NCBI GenBank assembly: GCA_963734285.1
Contig: CAVTGM010000009.1
Span: forward strand, 8,663-72,662
From: an uncultured Actinomycetes bacterium
GTDB lineage: Bacteria > Actinomycetota > Thermoleophilia > Gaiellales > Gaiellaceae
Length of the DNA stretch: 64,000 nt
Reading direction: 5' to 3'
This document shows, piece by piece, positions 49,362-59,562 of the stretch (position 1 is its first letter; the number at the start of each line of letters is the position of its first letter). Under the pieces are notes generated by a model. It did not search any database and was not told the DNA's origin. It worked only from the letters and a program-made list of their open reading frames with translations. The position numbers were made by a program, and so were the translations under genes.

Positions 49362-49469
49362 GTGACAAAGGCAAGGCTCTTCACGCTTCTCATCGCAGCC
49401 GTGATGCTGGCATCGCTCCTCGCAGGGGTGAAGCACGGCACGGGCATGAACGACGGGGGTTACTGGTAG
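49362..49469 (+). CDS. Candidate secreted pro-peptide (35 aa) immediately downstream of the XRE-TPR regulator
   Basis: GGGAGG (49348-49353) lies 8 nt before GTG 49362. The product is MTKARLFTLLIAAVMLASLLAG-VKHGTGMNDGGYW-stop: basic n-region, hydrophobic core, then a short polar tail ending in Trp. An alternative GTG is at 49353. Confidence 0.45.
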   Translation: MTKARLFTLLIAAVMLASLLAGVKHGTGMNDGGYW

Positions 49470-49620
49470 GTCGTAGATGCGGGGCCGAGCCGGTGGATCG
49501 GCCGGTCCCTGGAGCTCTGCGGCTTCTCAGCTCACTCTCTTCGTTCGGCTTACAGCGGCCGAACTGCACGCTTCCTCGCCGGCCGATGCGCGGCTCTATG
49601 TCGCTGCTCGGCCGGCGCTT

Positions 49621-49649
49621 TGCGTGCCCGGGGCCTGTAAGCTAGGCTC
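49621..49649 (+). promoter_or_regulatory. Putative promoter TTGCGT-N17-TAGGCT for the peroxiredoxin gene
   Basis: It lies 40 nt upstream of ATG 49689. The RBS GAAAGGAG precedes the start. Confidence 0.3.
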
Positions 49650-49688
49650 CCATTACTTCAAAAGGGATAGTGAAGGAAAGGAGCCGAC

Positions 49689-50360
49689 ATGGGCTTGCAC
49701 ATCGGTGACACAGCACCTGATTTCGAGGCCGAGACGACCGAGGGTCGCATCGGCTTCCACGACTGGATCGGCGACTCGTGGGCCGTGCTCTTCTCGCACC
49801 CGAAGGACTTCACGCCCGTGTGCACGACCGAGCTCGGGTACATGGCGAAGATCAAGCCGGAGTTCGACCGGCGCGGCGTCAAGGTGATCGGCCTCTCGGT
49901 CGACCCGGTCGACCGCCACGGCGACTGGGCGAAGGACATCGAGGAGACGCAGGGCCACGCGCCCAACTACCCGATCATCAGCGACGCGGACTTCAACGTC
50001 TCGAAGCTGTACGGGATGCTCCCCGCGAGCACGTCCGGCGACCCGCTCCAGCGGACGCCCGCCGACAACCAGACGGTGCGCAACGTCTTCGTCATCGGTC
50101 CCGACAAGAAGGTGAAGCTCATCCTCGTCTATCCGATGACGACCGGCCGGAACTTCGACGAGGTGCTGCGCGTCATCGACTCGCTGCAGCTGACGGCGAA
50201 GCACAAGGTGGCGACGCCGGCGCAGTGGCAGCAGGGCGACGACGTCATCATCGCCGGCTCGGTCTCGAACGAGGACGCGAAGGAGATCTTCGGCGAGTGG
50301 GAAGAGCCGAAGCCCTACATCCGCATCGTGCCTCAGCCGGGAGTGAAGACTCCCGCGTAG
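49689..50360 (+). CDS. 1-Cys peroxiredoxin (Prx6 type)
   Basis: [20 protein letters not shown] is the peroxidatic Cys motif; also [15 protein letters not shown]. 223 aa. Confidence 0.9.
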   Translation: MGLHIGDTAPDFEAETTEGRIGFHDWIGDSWAVLFSHPKDFTPVCTTELGYMAKIKPEFDRRGVKVIGLSVDPVDRHGDWAKDIEETQGHAPNYPIISDADFNVSKLYGMLPASTSGDPLQRTPADNQTVRNVFVIGPDKKVKLILVYPMTTGRNFDEVLRVIDSLQLTAKHKVATPAQWQQGDDVIIAGSVSNEDAKEIFGEWEEPKPYIRIVPQPGVKTPA

Positions 50361-51337
50361 GCGTTGAGCGCCGGCTGTCCGCCCAGGTGGGCGTACAGCA
50401 CCCGTGAGCCCGGCTCGATGCGGCCGTCGCGGACGAGGTCGATGAGCGCAGCCATCGACTTCCCCTCGTAGACGGGATCCGTGAGGACGCCCTCGAGCCG
50501 GGCGCACAACCGAATCGCCTCGATCGTCTCCTCATCGGGGATGCCGTACGTTCCGGCGTGCCACTCATCCAGGAGGACGACGTCGAGCTCGCGGTCGAGG
50601 CCGATCGCGTCGGCCGTGCTCGTTGCGATGCGCGTGATCTGGTCGCGCGTCTGCTCGACCTTCGCGGAGCCGTCGATGCCGAGGATGCTCCGCTCTGCGT
50701 CCTGGAGCGCGAAGCCGGCGACCATGCCGGCCTGCGTCGAACCGGTGACCGAGCAGACGACGACGGTGTCGAAGAAGACGCCGAGCTCCGCCTCTTGCGC
50801 CGCGACCTCCTCGGCCCAGCGCGCGAACCCGAGCCCGCCGAGCGGATGGTCGAACGCGCCGGCCGGGATCGCATACGGCTTGCCGCCTGCGGCGACGACG
50901 GAGTCGAGCGCGTCCTGCCAGCTCGGGCGGAACGCGATGTCGAAGCCCGCGTCGACGATGCGCACGTCCGCGCCCATGATCCGCGAGAGCAGGATGTTCC
51001 CGACCGTGTCGTAGACGGGGTCCGGCCATTCGACCCAGTGCTCCTGCACGAGCACGCATTTCAGTCCGAGCTGCGCGGCGACAGCCGCGACCTGGCGCGT
51101 GTGATTCGACTGCACGCCGCCGATCGACACGAGCGTGTCGCATCCCTGCGCGAGCGCGTCCGCAGCGAGGTACTCGAGCTTGCGCGTCTTGTTCCCGCCG
51201 TAGGCGAGTCCGGAGTTGCAGTCCTCGCGCTTCGCCCAGATCTCGACGCGGCCGCCGAGGTGCTCGCTCAGCCGTTCGAGCGGATGGACGGGCGACGGAC
51301 CGAAGAGCAGGTCGACGCGCGGGAAGTCGGCGAGCAC
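50333..51337 (-). CDS. 1-aminocyclopropane-1-carboxylate deaminase / D-cysteine desulfhydrase family (PLP enzyme)
   Basis: From GTG 51337: [22 protein letters not shown] (PLP lysine), [14 protein letters not shown] and VTGSTQAGM. 334 aa. Confidence 0.85.
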   Translation of the reverse strand: MLADFPRVDLLFGPSPVHPLERLSEHLGGRVEIWAKREDCNSGLAYGGNKTRKLEYLAADALAQGCDTLVSIGGVQSNHTRQVAAVAAQLGLKCVLVQEHWVEWPDPVYDTVGNILLSRIMGADVRIVDAGFDIAFRPSWQDALDSVVAAGGKPYAIPAGAFDHPLGGLGFARWAEEVAAQEAELGVFFDTVVVCSVTGSTQAGMVAGFALQDAERSILGIDGSAKVEQTRDQITRIATSTADAIGLDRELDVVLLDEWHAGTYGIPDEETIEAIRLCARLEGVLTDPVYEGKSMAALIDLVRDGRIEPGSRVLYAHLGGQPALNAYAGVFTPG

Positions 51338-52036
51338 TAGCCGGGAACGTCGCCGTTCGTCGAGCCCATGCGCTCGATGACGACCTGCGGAATGCGTGCG
51401 TACGGTGAGAGCCGGAGCGCCATGCGCACGATCTCGGCGCAGTCCTCCGGGCGGATCATCTCGCCGGGCTCGATCCCGGACCACTGAGCCATCGGCGTGT
51501 CGACGAATCCGGGGCAGAGCGCGATCGCGCGCACGCCGTCGGCGTCGAGCTCGGCGTTGAGCGACCGCGTGAGCGAGATCACCGCCGCCTTCGTCGCGCC
51601 GTAGACGGAGAGACCGGGCGTCGGCATCGTGCCGGCGATCGACGCGAGATTGACGATCCAGCCGCGCGTTTCGCGCAGCAGCGGGATCGCCGCCTGCGTG
51701 ACGAGGAAGAGCCCGCGCAGGTTCACGCCGAGCTGCAGGTCGAGGTGCTTGACCGGCAGAGTCCTCCACGCGACCGCCGATGCCGACGCCCGCGGAGTTG
51801 ACGAGCACGTCGAGCCGGCCGAAGCGCTCGCGGTGCTCGGCGACGAGGCGCGCGCAGTCGTCGGCGTCGGAGACGTCGGCCGCGACGGCGACCGCGCCGA
51901 TCTCGGCCGCAGCGGCCTCGACCTTCTCCGCGCGACGAGACGCGAGCGTCAGGTCGAAGCCCTCCTCGCGGAGCATGCGCGCGATCGCGAGCCCGATGCC
52001 CGACGATCCACCCGTGATGAGCGCTGCCCTCTCCAC
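51337..52036 (-). pseudogene. Short-chain dehydrogenase/reductase, frame broken near 51759
   Basis: [15 protein letters not shown] and NSAGVG read in the frame of ORF 50333..52084. The continuation [22 protein letters not shown]...YGATKAA lies in ORF 51337..51726. Confidence 0.65.
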
Positions 52037-52055
52037 CGCGCGTACAGTAAACCGC

Positions 52056-53055
52056 GTGGAGGCACCCGCGCTCACGAGCCTCACCGTCGGCGGCGGCTGC
52101 GCCGCGAAGTACTCGGCGGCGCGTCTCGAGGAGCTGCTCCGCGGATTCGTCCCCGCCGAGGCCGAGAACCTCCTCGTCGGACTCGATCCCGCCGACGACG
52201 CGGCCGTCTACAAGCTCGACGACGAGCGTGCGCTCGTCTTCACCGTCGACTTCTTCCCGCCGCTCGTGGACGACCCGTCCGTCTTCGGGCGCATCGCGGC
52301 GACGAACGCGCTGAACGACGTGTTCGCGATGGGCGGCATACCGCTCATCGCATTGTCGATCGCCGCGTTCCCGGAGGAGCTGCCGAACGACGTTCCCGCG
52401 CGCGTGTTCGCGGCCGCCGACGAGACGGTGCGCGCGGCCGGCGCCGTGCTCGCCGGGGGACACACGATTCGCGACGCCGAGCCGAAGTACGGGCTCGCCG
52501 TCGTCGGCACCGTCCACCCCGACGGCATCTGGCCGAAGTCCGGCGCGCGGCCGGGCGACGCGCTCTTCCTGACGAAGCCGCTCGGCACCGGCCTCGTGCT
52601 CGCCGCGAAGATCGACGCCGCCGAGGCGATCGAATGGATGACGACGCTCAACGCGGCCGCCGCCGACGCGCTACGCCCGTTCGAGCCGAACGCGGTCACC
52701 GACGTCACCGGCTTCGGGCTCTTCGGACACGCGCACGAGATGGCGTCGCGCAGCGGTGTGCGCATCACGCTCGACGCGGGCGCAATGCCGGCGATGGCCG
52801 GCGCGCTCGAAGCCGCCGAAGCCGGCGTGCGCACGGGCGGCGACCGCCGCAACCGCGAGTACGCGCCCGTCGAGGCCGACGGCGTCGCCGAGGCAGTCCT
52901 CGCGCTCGGCTACGACGCGCAGACCGCGGGCGGCCTGCTCATCTCGCTTCCCGCCGACAAGGCGCTCTCGCTCGAGAGCGCGTTCCGCGCGCGCGACCTC
53001 TTCATCACGCGCGTCGGCACGCGTCGAGGAAGGCGCCGGCGTCTCAGTCGGGTAG
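52056..53055 (+). CDS. selD: Selenide, water dikinase (selenophosphate synthetase), Cys-type; 3' end frame-shifted near 53021 as assembled
   Basis: From GTG 52056: [23 protein letters not shown] (GxGC-x-x-K active loop, TGC codon), [30 protein letters not shown] and GGHTI. The natural end [10 protein letters not shown]-stop (53053-53055) lies in ORF 52756..53055. Confidence 0.8.
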
Positions 53056-53466
53056 CTCGCGCTTGCGCGCGAGGATGGACTTGCGCTTGTCGACGAGCTC
53101 GGTCTCGAGGCGCTTCAGCTCCTCGATGCGCTTGCGGACGAGGCCGAGCTGCGTGTCGACGTGCGGAAGCGCGGCGTCGAGTAGCCGCAGCCGTTCGGCG
53201 TCGGAGTCGGTCGCGCGGAACTGCTTGCGGATGGCGGCGCGCGCCTCCTCCGCCTCGACGAGCTGCTTCAGCTCCTCGAGCGAGATGTTCAACAGCTCGC
53301 GCAGGCGCCGCAGCTCGCTCAGCCGCTCGACGTCGGTGTCGTCGTACGCGCGGTGCTCGCCCTTGCGGCGCTCCGGCGGCCCCGGAAGCAGGCCGATCTC
53401 CTCGTAGTAGCGGATCGTGCGCGGCGTGAGGCCCGTCCGCTCCGCGACTTCGCCGATCCTGATCAT
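53044..53466 (-). CDS. MerR family transcriptional regulator
   Basis: From MIRIGEVAERTGLTPRTIRYYEEIGLL, followed by a coiled-coil C-terminus. Confidence 0.8.
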   Translation of the reverse strand: MIRIGEVAERTGLTPRTIRYYEEIGLLPGPPERRKGEHRAYDDTDVERLSELRRLRELLNISLEELKQLVEAEEARAAIRKQFRATDSDAERLRLLDAALPHVDTQLGLVRKRIEELKRLETELVDKRKSILARKRELPD

Positions 53467-54935
53467 GCGCGCCTGAAGATCTCGCCGAGCGACGATGTGC
53501 GCCGACATGCGCGGGCCGCATGAGCGAGACGGCGGCGCCGAGCAGCGACACGCCGGTCAGCACCCACAACGCCATGTGCATGTTCGAGATGAACGGATCG
53601 AGCTGCTTCGTCGAGAGCCCGGACGTGACGCCGGAGAAGATCTTGAAGAGCACCGTCGTCGGGATGGCCGAGGTGACGACCGCCATGACGAACGCGATCG
53701 AGATCACCGCGCCCGTGTTCTGCAGCATCACGCGGGCGCCGGCGGCGATGCCGCGCCGGTGCACGGGGACGACGCCCATCATCGCCGAGGTGTTCGGGCT
53801 GTTGAACATGCCCGAGCCGATGCCGACGAGCAGGAGCCACAGCGCGCTCCACACGTACGCGGTGTGCGCCTGCAGCGTCGTCATGCCGGCGAGGCCTGCG
53901 GCCGAGACGAGCATCCCGAGCGCAGCGAGGCCGCGCGAGCCGTGCCGGTCGGCCGCGATGCCGGCCAGCGGTGAGGCGACGAGCATCCCGACCGCCAGCG
54001 GCGCAAGCTCGAGGCCGGCGACGATCGGCGACTTGCCCTGCGGCCCCTGGAAGTAGAAGACGAACAGGAACATCAGCGCGAAGCGCGAGAGCCCGTTGAT
54101 GAAGGCGGCGCCGGACGCGGCCGCGAACAGCTTGTTGCTGAAGAGGGAGAGGTCGAGCATCGGCGCGCGCACGTGCCGCTCGATGACGACGAAGAGCGGC
54201 AGGAGGACGATCGCGGCCGCAAAGCCGGCGATGACGAGCCAGTTGTTCCACCCCGTCAGGCCGCCCTTCGAGAGTGCGAGCACGAGCCCGGTGAGCCCGA
54301 CGACGAACGTCGACGTCCCGAGCGAGGTCGAGGCCGCGTTCGGAGTCGCGCCCGGAGATCTCGTGCAGCACGAGGTATGCCCACGCGGAGCCGATGAGGC
54401 CGAGCGGCACGTTGAACCAGAACACCCACGGCCAGCGGATCGCGACGAGCGCGCCGCCGAGCACCGGCCCGATGACGAGGCCGACAGCGGCGACCATGGT
54501 GTTCGTCCCCATCGCGAGGCCGAGCTCCTCCTTCGGGAATGCGTCGGTGACGAGCGCGGCGGCGTTCGCGAACAGGAACGCCCCGCCGACGCCCTGCAGG
54601 ACGCGCCAGAGGATGAGCTGCGTGCCGCTGCCGGCGAAGCCGGCGCCGAGCGATGCGGCCGAGAAGACGAGGAAGCCGAGCACGTATGCGTGCTTGCGGC
54701 CGAAGAGGTCGGAGAGCCGTCCCGCCGTCAGCACGAGGACGGTGGAGACGATCATGTAGACGAGGATGACCCAGACGAGCTGCAGCAGCGTCGTGTGCAG
54801 GCTGCGCTCGAGGTCCGGGAGCGCAATGATGAGGGTGCCCGAGTTGACGGTTGCGAGCAGCATCCCCAGGCTGGTGCACGAGAGCACCCACCATTTGAAG
54901 TGACGACTGTGTCTGCGACTCCGAAGAAACTTCAT
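53463..54935 (-). pseudogene. MFS transporter, DHA2 family, at least two frame breaks (~54347 and ~53497)
   Basis: The N-half is in ORF 53463..54935 (WWVLSCTSLGMLLATVNSGTLIIALP, GRLSDLFGRK). The C-half is in ORF 52910..54283 (LALSKGGLTGWNNW...). A stop is reachable only by returning to the first frame (…GEIFRRA, TGA overlapping the MerR ATG). Confidence 0.7.
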
Positions 54936-54960
54936 TCTTACGTCAACGTCAGTTTAGCAG

Positions 54961-55833
54961 TTGACTGAGCCCGGCCGCCTTCCGGCGCGTCGCCTGGTGT
55001 CGCCGTCAGCTGCCTCGTCCTCATCGTCGCGACCGGCGCCACCGTGCGGCTGACCGGCTCCGGCCTCGGCTGCCCGCACTGGCCGACGTGCAACAGCGCC
55101 CACGCGCTGCCGAAGGGCTACCACTCGGACATCGAGTTCTCGAACCGCGTCGTCTCCGCGCTGACGGTCTTCTCGACGCTCGCGCTCGCGGTCGCCGCAT
55201 GGCGCACGCCAACGCTCTAGCCGCGGCGCGCGCTGGCTCGCCACGGCCGTCTTCGCCGGAACGCTCGCGCAGGCGCCGCTCGGCGCGATCACCGTCTACT
55301 ACGACCTCAACCCGTACCTCGTCATCACGCACCTGCTGCTGTCGCTGACGGTGCTCGGGCTCGGCGTGCTGACACTGCTCTCCGCCTACAGCGGCGCCGC
55401 ACCGCTTCCCGCGATCGCGCGAGCCGGCGGTGCCGCGCTGCTCGTCGCCGTCGCGGTGCTCGTCGTCACCGGCACGCTCTCGACCGCCGCCGGTCGCTTC
55501 CCCGGCAGCAACGGGACGCAGGTGGTCGAGCGGATCGGGAACTTCCACGACGCGGTGTGGCTGCACGTGCGCGCCGTGGCTGCGTTCGGGATCGTCTTCC
55601 TCGTGCTCGCCGCGTGGGCGTGGACGAAGCGCGCCCGTTGGCCGTGGCTCGTTCGCGCGTGCGCCGGGCTGCTCGCGATCCTCCTCGTACAGATGGGGAT
55701 CGGCGAGTGGCAGTACCGTCGCTACGGCGTCATTCCGTGGTGGGCCGTGGTCGCGCACGTCGCGATCGCCGCGCTCCTTTTCGCGTGGACAGTGGGTCTG
55801 GTCGCGCGGCTGTGGCGTCCCGTACGGCACTAG
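54961..55833 (+). pseudogene. ctaA: Heme A synthase (COX15/CtaA family), two frame breaks (~54997 and ~55216)
   Basis: ATGATVRLTGSGLGCPHWPTC is the CtaA signature, and this segment ends at an in-frame TAG (55217). The continuation RGARWLATAVFAGTLAQAPLGAITVYYDLNPYLVITHLLLS lies in the frame of ORF 55351..55833. Confidence 0.65.
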
Positions 55834-55842
55834 ACTTCGGGG

Positions 55843-56727
55843 ATGTCCGAGCTGAACGTCTCGTTCAGGCCCGAGCTGAAGCGGCCGGTGCTCGTCGCCG
55901 CCTTCCGCGGCTGGAACGACGGCGGTCAGGGCGCGTCGCTCGGAGCCGCGTATCTCGCGAAGCAATGGGGCGCCGAGCGCTTCGCGGAGATCGAGCCGGA
56001 GAACTTCTTCGACTTCCAGGCAGTGCGTCCACATGTGTCGCTCGTCGACGGCGAGACGCGACGCGTCGACTGGCCCGACAACGGCTTTTTCCACGCGTCG
56101 ATTCCCGGCGCCGATCGCGACGCCGTGCTGCTGCTCGGGATCGAGCCGAACCTGCGCTGGCGCACGTTCTCGGGGCTCGTCCTCGACCTTGCGAAGGACC
56201 TCGGCGTGGAGATGGTGGTGACGTTCGGCTCGCTGCTCGCCGACGTGCCGCACACGCGCCCCGCGCCGGTCACGGCCGCGGCGACCGATCCGACGCTCGT
56301 GTCGGAGCTCGGGCTCGAGGCGTCGCGCTACGAAGGCCCGACCGGCATCGTCGGCATCGTGCACGACAAGTGCCGCGAGGCGGACATCGCGTCGGTCAGC
56401 TTGTGGGCGGCGGTTCCGCACTACGTGTCGCTTGCGCCGAGCCCGCGCGCGGCGCTCGCGCTCGTGCGCCGCTTCGGCGAGCTGATGCGCATCGACGTCG
56501 ACCTGCGCGAGCTCGAGCAGGCGGCGTCGGAGTACGCCGAACAGGTGAGCGAGGCCGTGTCGACCGACGCTGAGACCGCGGCGTACGTCGAAGAGCTGGA
56601 GCAGCGCGTCGACGCGCTCGCTCCCGAAGGCGACATTCCATCGGGCGAGTCGCTCGCCGCCGAGCTGTCCCGCTTCCTGCGCGAGCGCGAGGAGCAGGAC
56701 GACGGGGCCGACGGCCCCGCCGTCTAG
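55843..56727 (+). CDS. PAC2 (proteasome assembly chaperone 2) family protein
   Basis: VLVAAFRGWNDGGQGAS, LLLGIEPNLRW and YEGPTGIVG, with an acidic C-terminus. 294 aa. Confidence 0.8.
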   Translation: MSELNVSFRPELKRPVLVAAFRGWNDGGQGASLGAAYLAKQWGAERFAEIEPENFFDFQAVRPHVSLVDGETRRVDWPDNGFFHASIPGADRDAVLLLGIEPNLRWRTFSGLVLDLAKDLGVEMVVTFGSLLADVPHTRPAPVTAAATDPTLVSELGLEASRYEGPTGIVGIVHDKCREADIASVSLWAAVPHYVSLAPSPRAALALVRRFGELMRIDVDLRELEQAASEYAEQVSEAVSTDAETAAYVEELEQRVDALAPEGDIPSGESLAAELSRFLREREEQDDGADGPAV

Positions 56728-59562
56728 GAGTGATCCTCCGCGGTTTCGCCGGCGCCGCCGGCCTCGTGCTGGTTCTTGCCGGAGTCGTGTTCTTCTTTCA
56801 AGGCATCGGCGTTCTCGGCGGGTCCTTCATGAGCGGTAGCGCGAAGTGGGCCGTCATCGGCGCCGTGCTCGTTGTTGCCGGCTTCGGCTTGCTCGCCGCC
56901 GCCCGCTTCCGCAGCCGCTGACGGCTTGCGCCGTCGGCGTCGCCGCGTCGGAGCGGTCTTCTGACCTTCTTGCTGTTGTTCTTGCGCCGCAGGCGCAGTA
57001 GTCGCGGTCGTTTCGACCGCGACCTTCTTCTTGCGCCGCCGCCGTCTTCGCCGCGTGGTGGACGGCTGCTTCGGCGCGGGCAGGTTCTCCGACAGCGCGA
57101 GCGCAACTTCGTGGATCTCGCCGAGCTTCTCGCGTGCGTCGTCGAGCAGCTTCGTTGCGCGCGGCGTGTAGCCCTCCGCCGACGCGAGCAACGCTGCTCC
57201 GACTCGGATGGGCTGCTCGAGCGCCGTCTGCACGAGCCTCGCTGCGTTCTCTTCGTGCCGGTGGCCGCGCGAGTTCGCGAGCGCGCCCAGCAATCGCTTC
57301 GCTTCCGGATACTCCGTCGACGCGTTGCGGTCCTGCACCTTGCGCGTCGCGCGCGCGAGCTTCCACGTCCAGCGGGCGAGGATCTGCTCCGGCGCGTCTG
57401 GTTTTCCGTCTGCGATCGCGCGCAGCAGAATGCCGGTGTCCGCGTGAGTTCGCAAGTGCGCCGAGCAATCGCTTCGCCTCCGGATATTCCGTCGACGCGT
57501 TGCGGTCCTGCACCTTGCGCGTCGCGCGCGCGAGCTTCCACGTCCAGCGGGCGAGGATCTGCTCCGGCGCGTCGGGCTTGCCGTCCGCGATCGCGCGCAG
57601 CAGGACGCGTATGCCCGCGAGCCGCTCCTTCTCCCACGTCGGCGCCTGCGACACGAGCGTGACGAGATCGTCGAAGTCGGCGCGCTCGACGCGCATCGAC
57701 ACGCGATCCTGCAGCGCCATCAGGCGCAGGCGGCGATTCGGATTCTCGGCCGCCGCGATGGCGAGGAAGGTCTCGAGCGCGCCTTTGCTCGCGCGACCCT
57801 CGGTCAGCTTCTGCACGAACGAGCCGCGCTCGTCGAAACGGATCTGACGTCCGGCCATCGTCGCCCAGTAGCGCTGCTCGTCCTCGTCGAGGTAGCGCGG
57901 GTCGACACGCTGCCACTCGCGCTGGATGACGGCGATGCGCCTGCGCACGTCCGGCGTCACGGGCACGAGCCACGGCGCCGGCGTCAGGCGGCGACGCGCG
58001 CGGCGTTGCGCACGGCGGCGCGGCGCAGGCGTGACGCGCGCACCCTCGCGGTAGAAGTCCGCGTCGAGCAGCGAGTGCAGCGAGACGACGCGTTCGTTGT
58101 GCGTCGCGCCCTTCGGAACGAAGTCGACGACGATGCCCGCTTCCTTGCGCGGATGCATGCGCATGATGCGGCCGATGCGCTGCTGGTACACGCGCTTCGA
58201 CGCGGTCGGCGCGAGATGCATGCAGACGGTCGCGCGCGGCGAGTTCCAGCCCTCCGCGAGCAGCTGCGCGTTGATGAGCACGTTGATCTCGCCGCGCTCG
58301 TACGCCGCGAGCGTCTCCGCGAGGCGCACCGGCGGCGTGCGGCCCGATACCGCCTCCGCCTTGATGCCGGCGGCGCGGAACTCCTGCGCGAGGTTGTACG
58401 CATGGTCGACGCCGGCCGCGTAGACGATGCCCGGCGTGTTGTCGAAGCGGTCGCGGTAGAGGCTCGCGGCAGCCTGGTTCAGCGCCTGATGGTCGAGCGT
58501 CTTGGCGAGGATCTCCTGGTCGAAGTCGCCGCCGACGATCGGCACCGAGTTGATCGCCGCCACCGGCGGGACGCGCAGGCACCGCAGCGGCGCGATCAGG
58601 CCGCGGCGCGCGGCGTCCTGCAGCGGGAGGTCGTCGACGGAAGCGGGGAAGACGTCGGAGACCTGCTTCGCGATCAGCTGCTCCGTCGCCGTCATGCCGA
58701 TGTAGATGGGCTCCGGGAACGAGCGGATCGCAGCGGACGTCTTCTCGCCGAGCGCCGTGTGCGCCTCGTCGCAGATGACGAGCTGGTACGCGTCGCGGTC
58801 GATCGAGTCGACGTGCCGCGCGAACCACGCATACGTCTGAATCGTCAGCGGGTTCGTCCGGGTCGACTTCATGCCCGTCTCGATCGCGTCGCTGTAGCGG
58901 TCGGCGTAGCCCTCCGTCTTCAGGTCGCCCGTGAACTGCGAGACGAGCAGGCGGCGGTGCGTGAGGATGAGGACGCCGAGCGTGCGGGCGGCGTCGACGA
59001 AGCCTGCTGCGGCGATCGTCTTGCCGGACGCGGTCGGGTGGCGGAAGCGGTAGCGGCGAACGGCGCCGGGATCCTGCTCGGGCGTGAGCTGCTCGGGCTC
59101 CTCGTCCTCCTCGCCCTCGACGACGACGATGTCGTCCTCGTCGTCCTCCTCCTCGACCTCGGCGACGGCGTGCCCGTTGCCGTTCTCCTTGTGGTCGTCG
59201 TCGCGCTGCGTCGCGGCGATCAGCTCGGTGAGCATCCCGGCGAGCGCGTCGACCTGGTGGCGGCGGAGCGCCGTGCCGGCCTTCGTGTGCGGCTCCGGCT
59301 CGGCCAGGACGCGCTCGAGCCCCAGCATGAGGCCGAAGCGGACCTTCCACTGCGTGCTCGGCGCGCGTTTGCCGGCCTCGATCTCGGCGGTCGCCTCGTC
59401 GAGCGCGCGACGGCGCGCGGTGCCCGCCGCGAGGACCTGGGCCGGATCTTCGCCGTCACGAAGGAACGGCTCGCCCGCCCACGCCTCTGCGCGGTACGCC
59501 GCGGCGGCGAGCGGGTCGGTCGCCTCCGCAAAGGTCGTCGTCTGCTGAATGGCTTCTTGCAT
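56724..59562 (-). CDS. SF2 DEAD/DEAH-box (ResIII-type) helicase with basic/acidic disordered tail; frame shifts inside a tandem duplication near 57432
   Basis: Motif I HPTASGKT, II VICDEAH, III MTAT, VI QRIGRIMR. ORF 56854..59646 leaves the true frame at ...ANSRGHRH, and ORF 56724..57455 carries the continuation. The likely start is ATG 59562 (MQEAIQQ). Confidence 0.75.
56730..56921 (+). CDS. Small 2-TM membrane protein (63 aa)
   Basis: GAAGLVLVLAGVVFFFQGIGVL and WAVIGAVLVVAGFGLLAAA form two clear hydrophobic helices. The ORF is antisense to the low-complexity acidic tail of the helicase ORF. Confidence 0.4.
   Translation: MILRGFAGAAGLVLVLAGVVFFFQGIGVLGGSFMSGSAKWAVIGAVLVVAGFGLLAAARFRSR
57256..57605. 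repeat. Tandem direct duplication, 2 x 175 bp (58 codons plus 1 nt) inside the helicase gene
   Basis: Copy 1 is 57256-57430 and copy 2 is 57431-57605. An 85-nt core is identical. Both encode (I/V)LLRAIADGKPDAPEQILARWTWKLARATRKVQDRNASTEYPEAKRLLGALANSRGHR. Confidence 0.8.

Noticed and set aside
52056-53055. SelD itself as a selenoprotein.
   Set aside because: The active-loop residue is encoded by TGC (GGGCAAK), not TGA.
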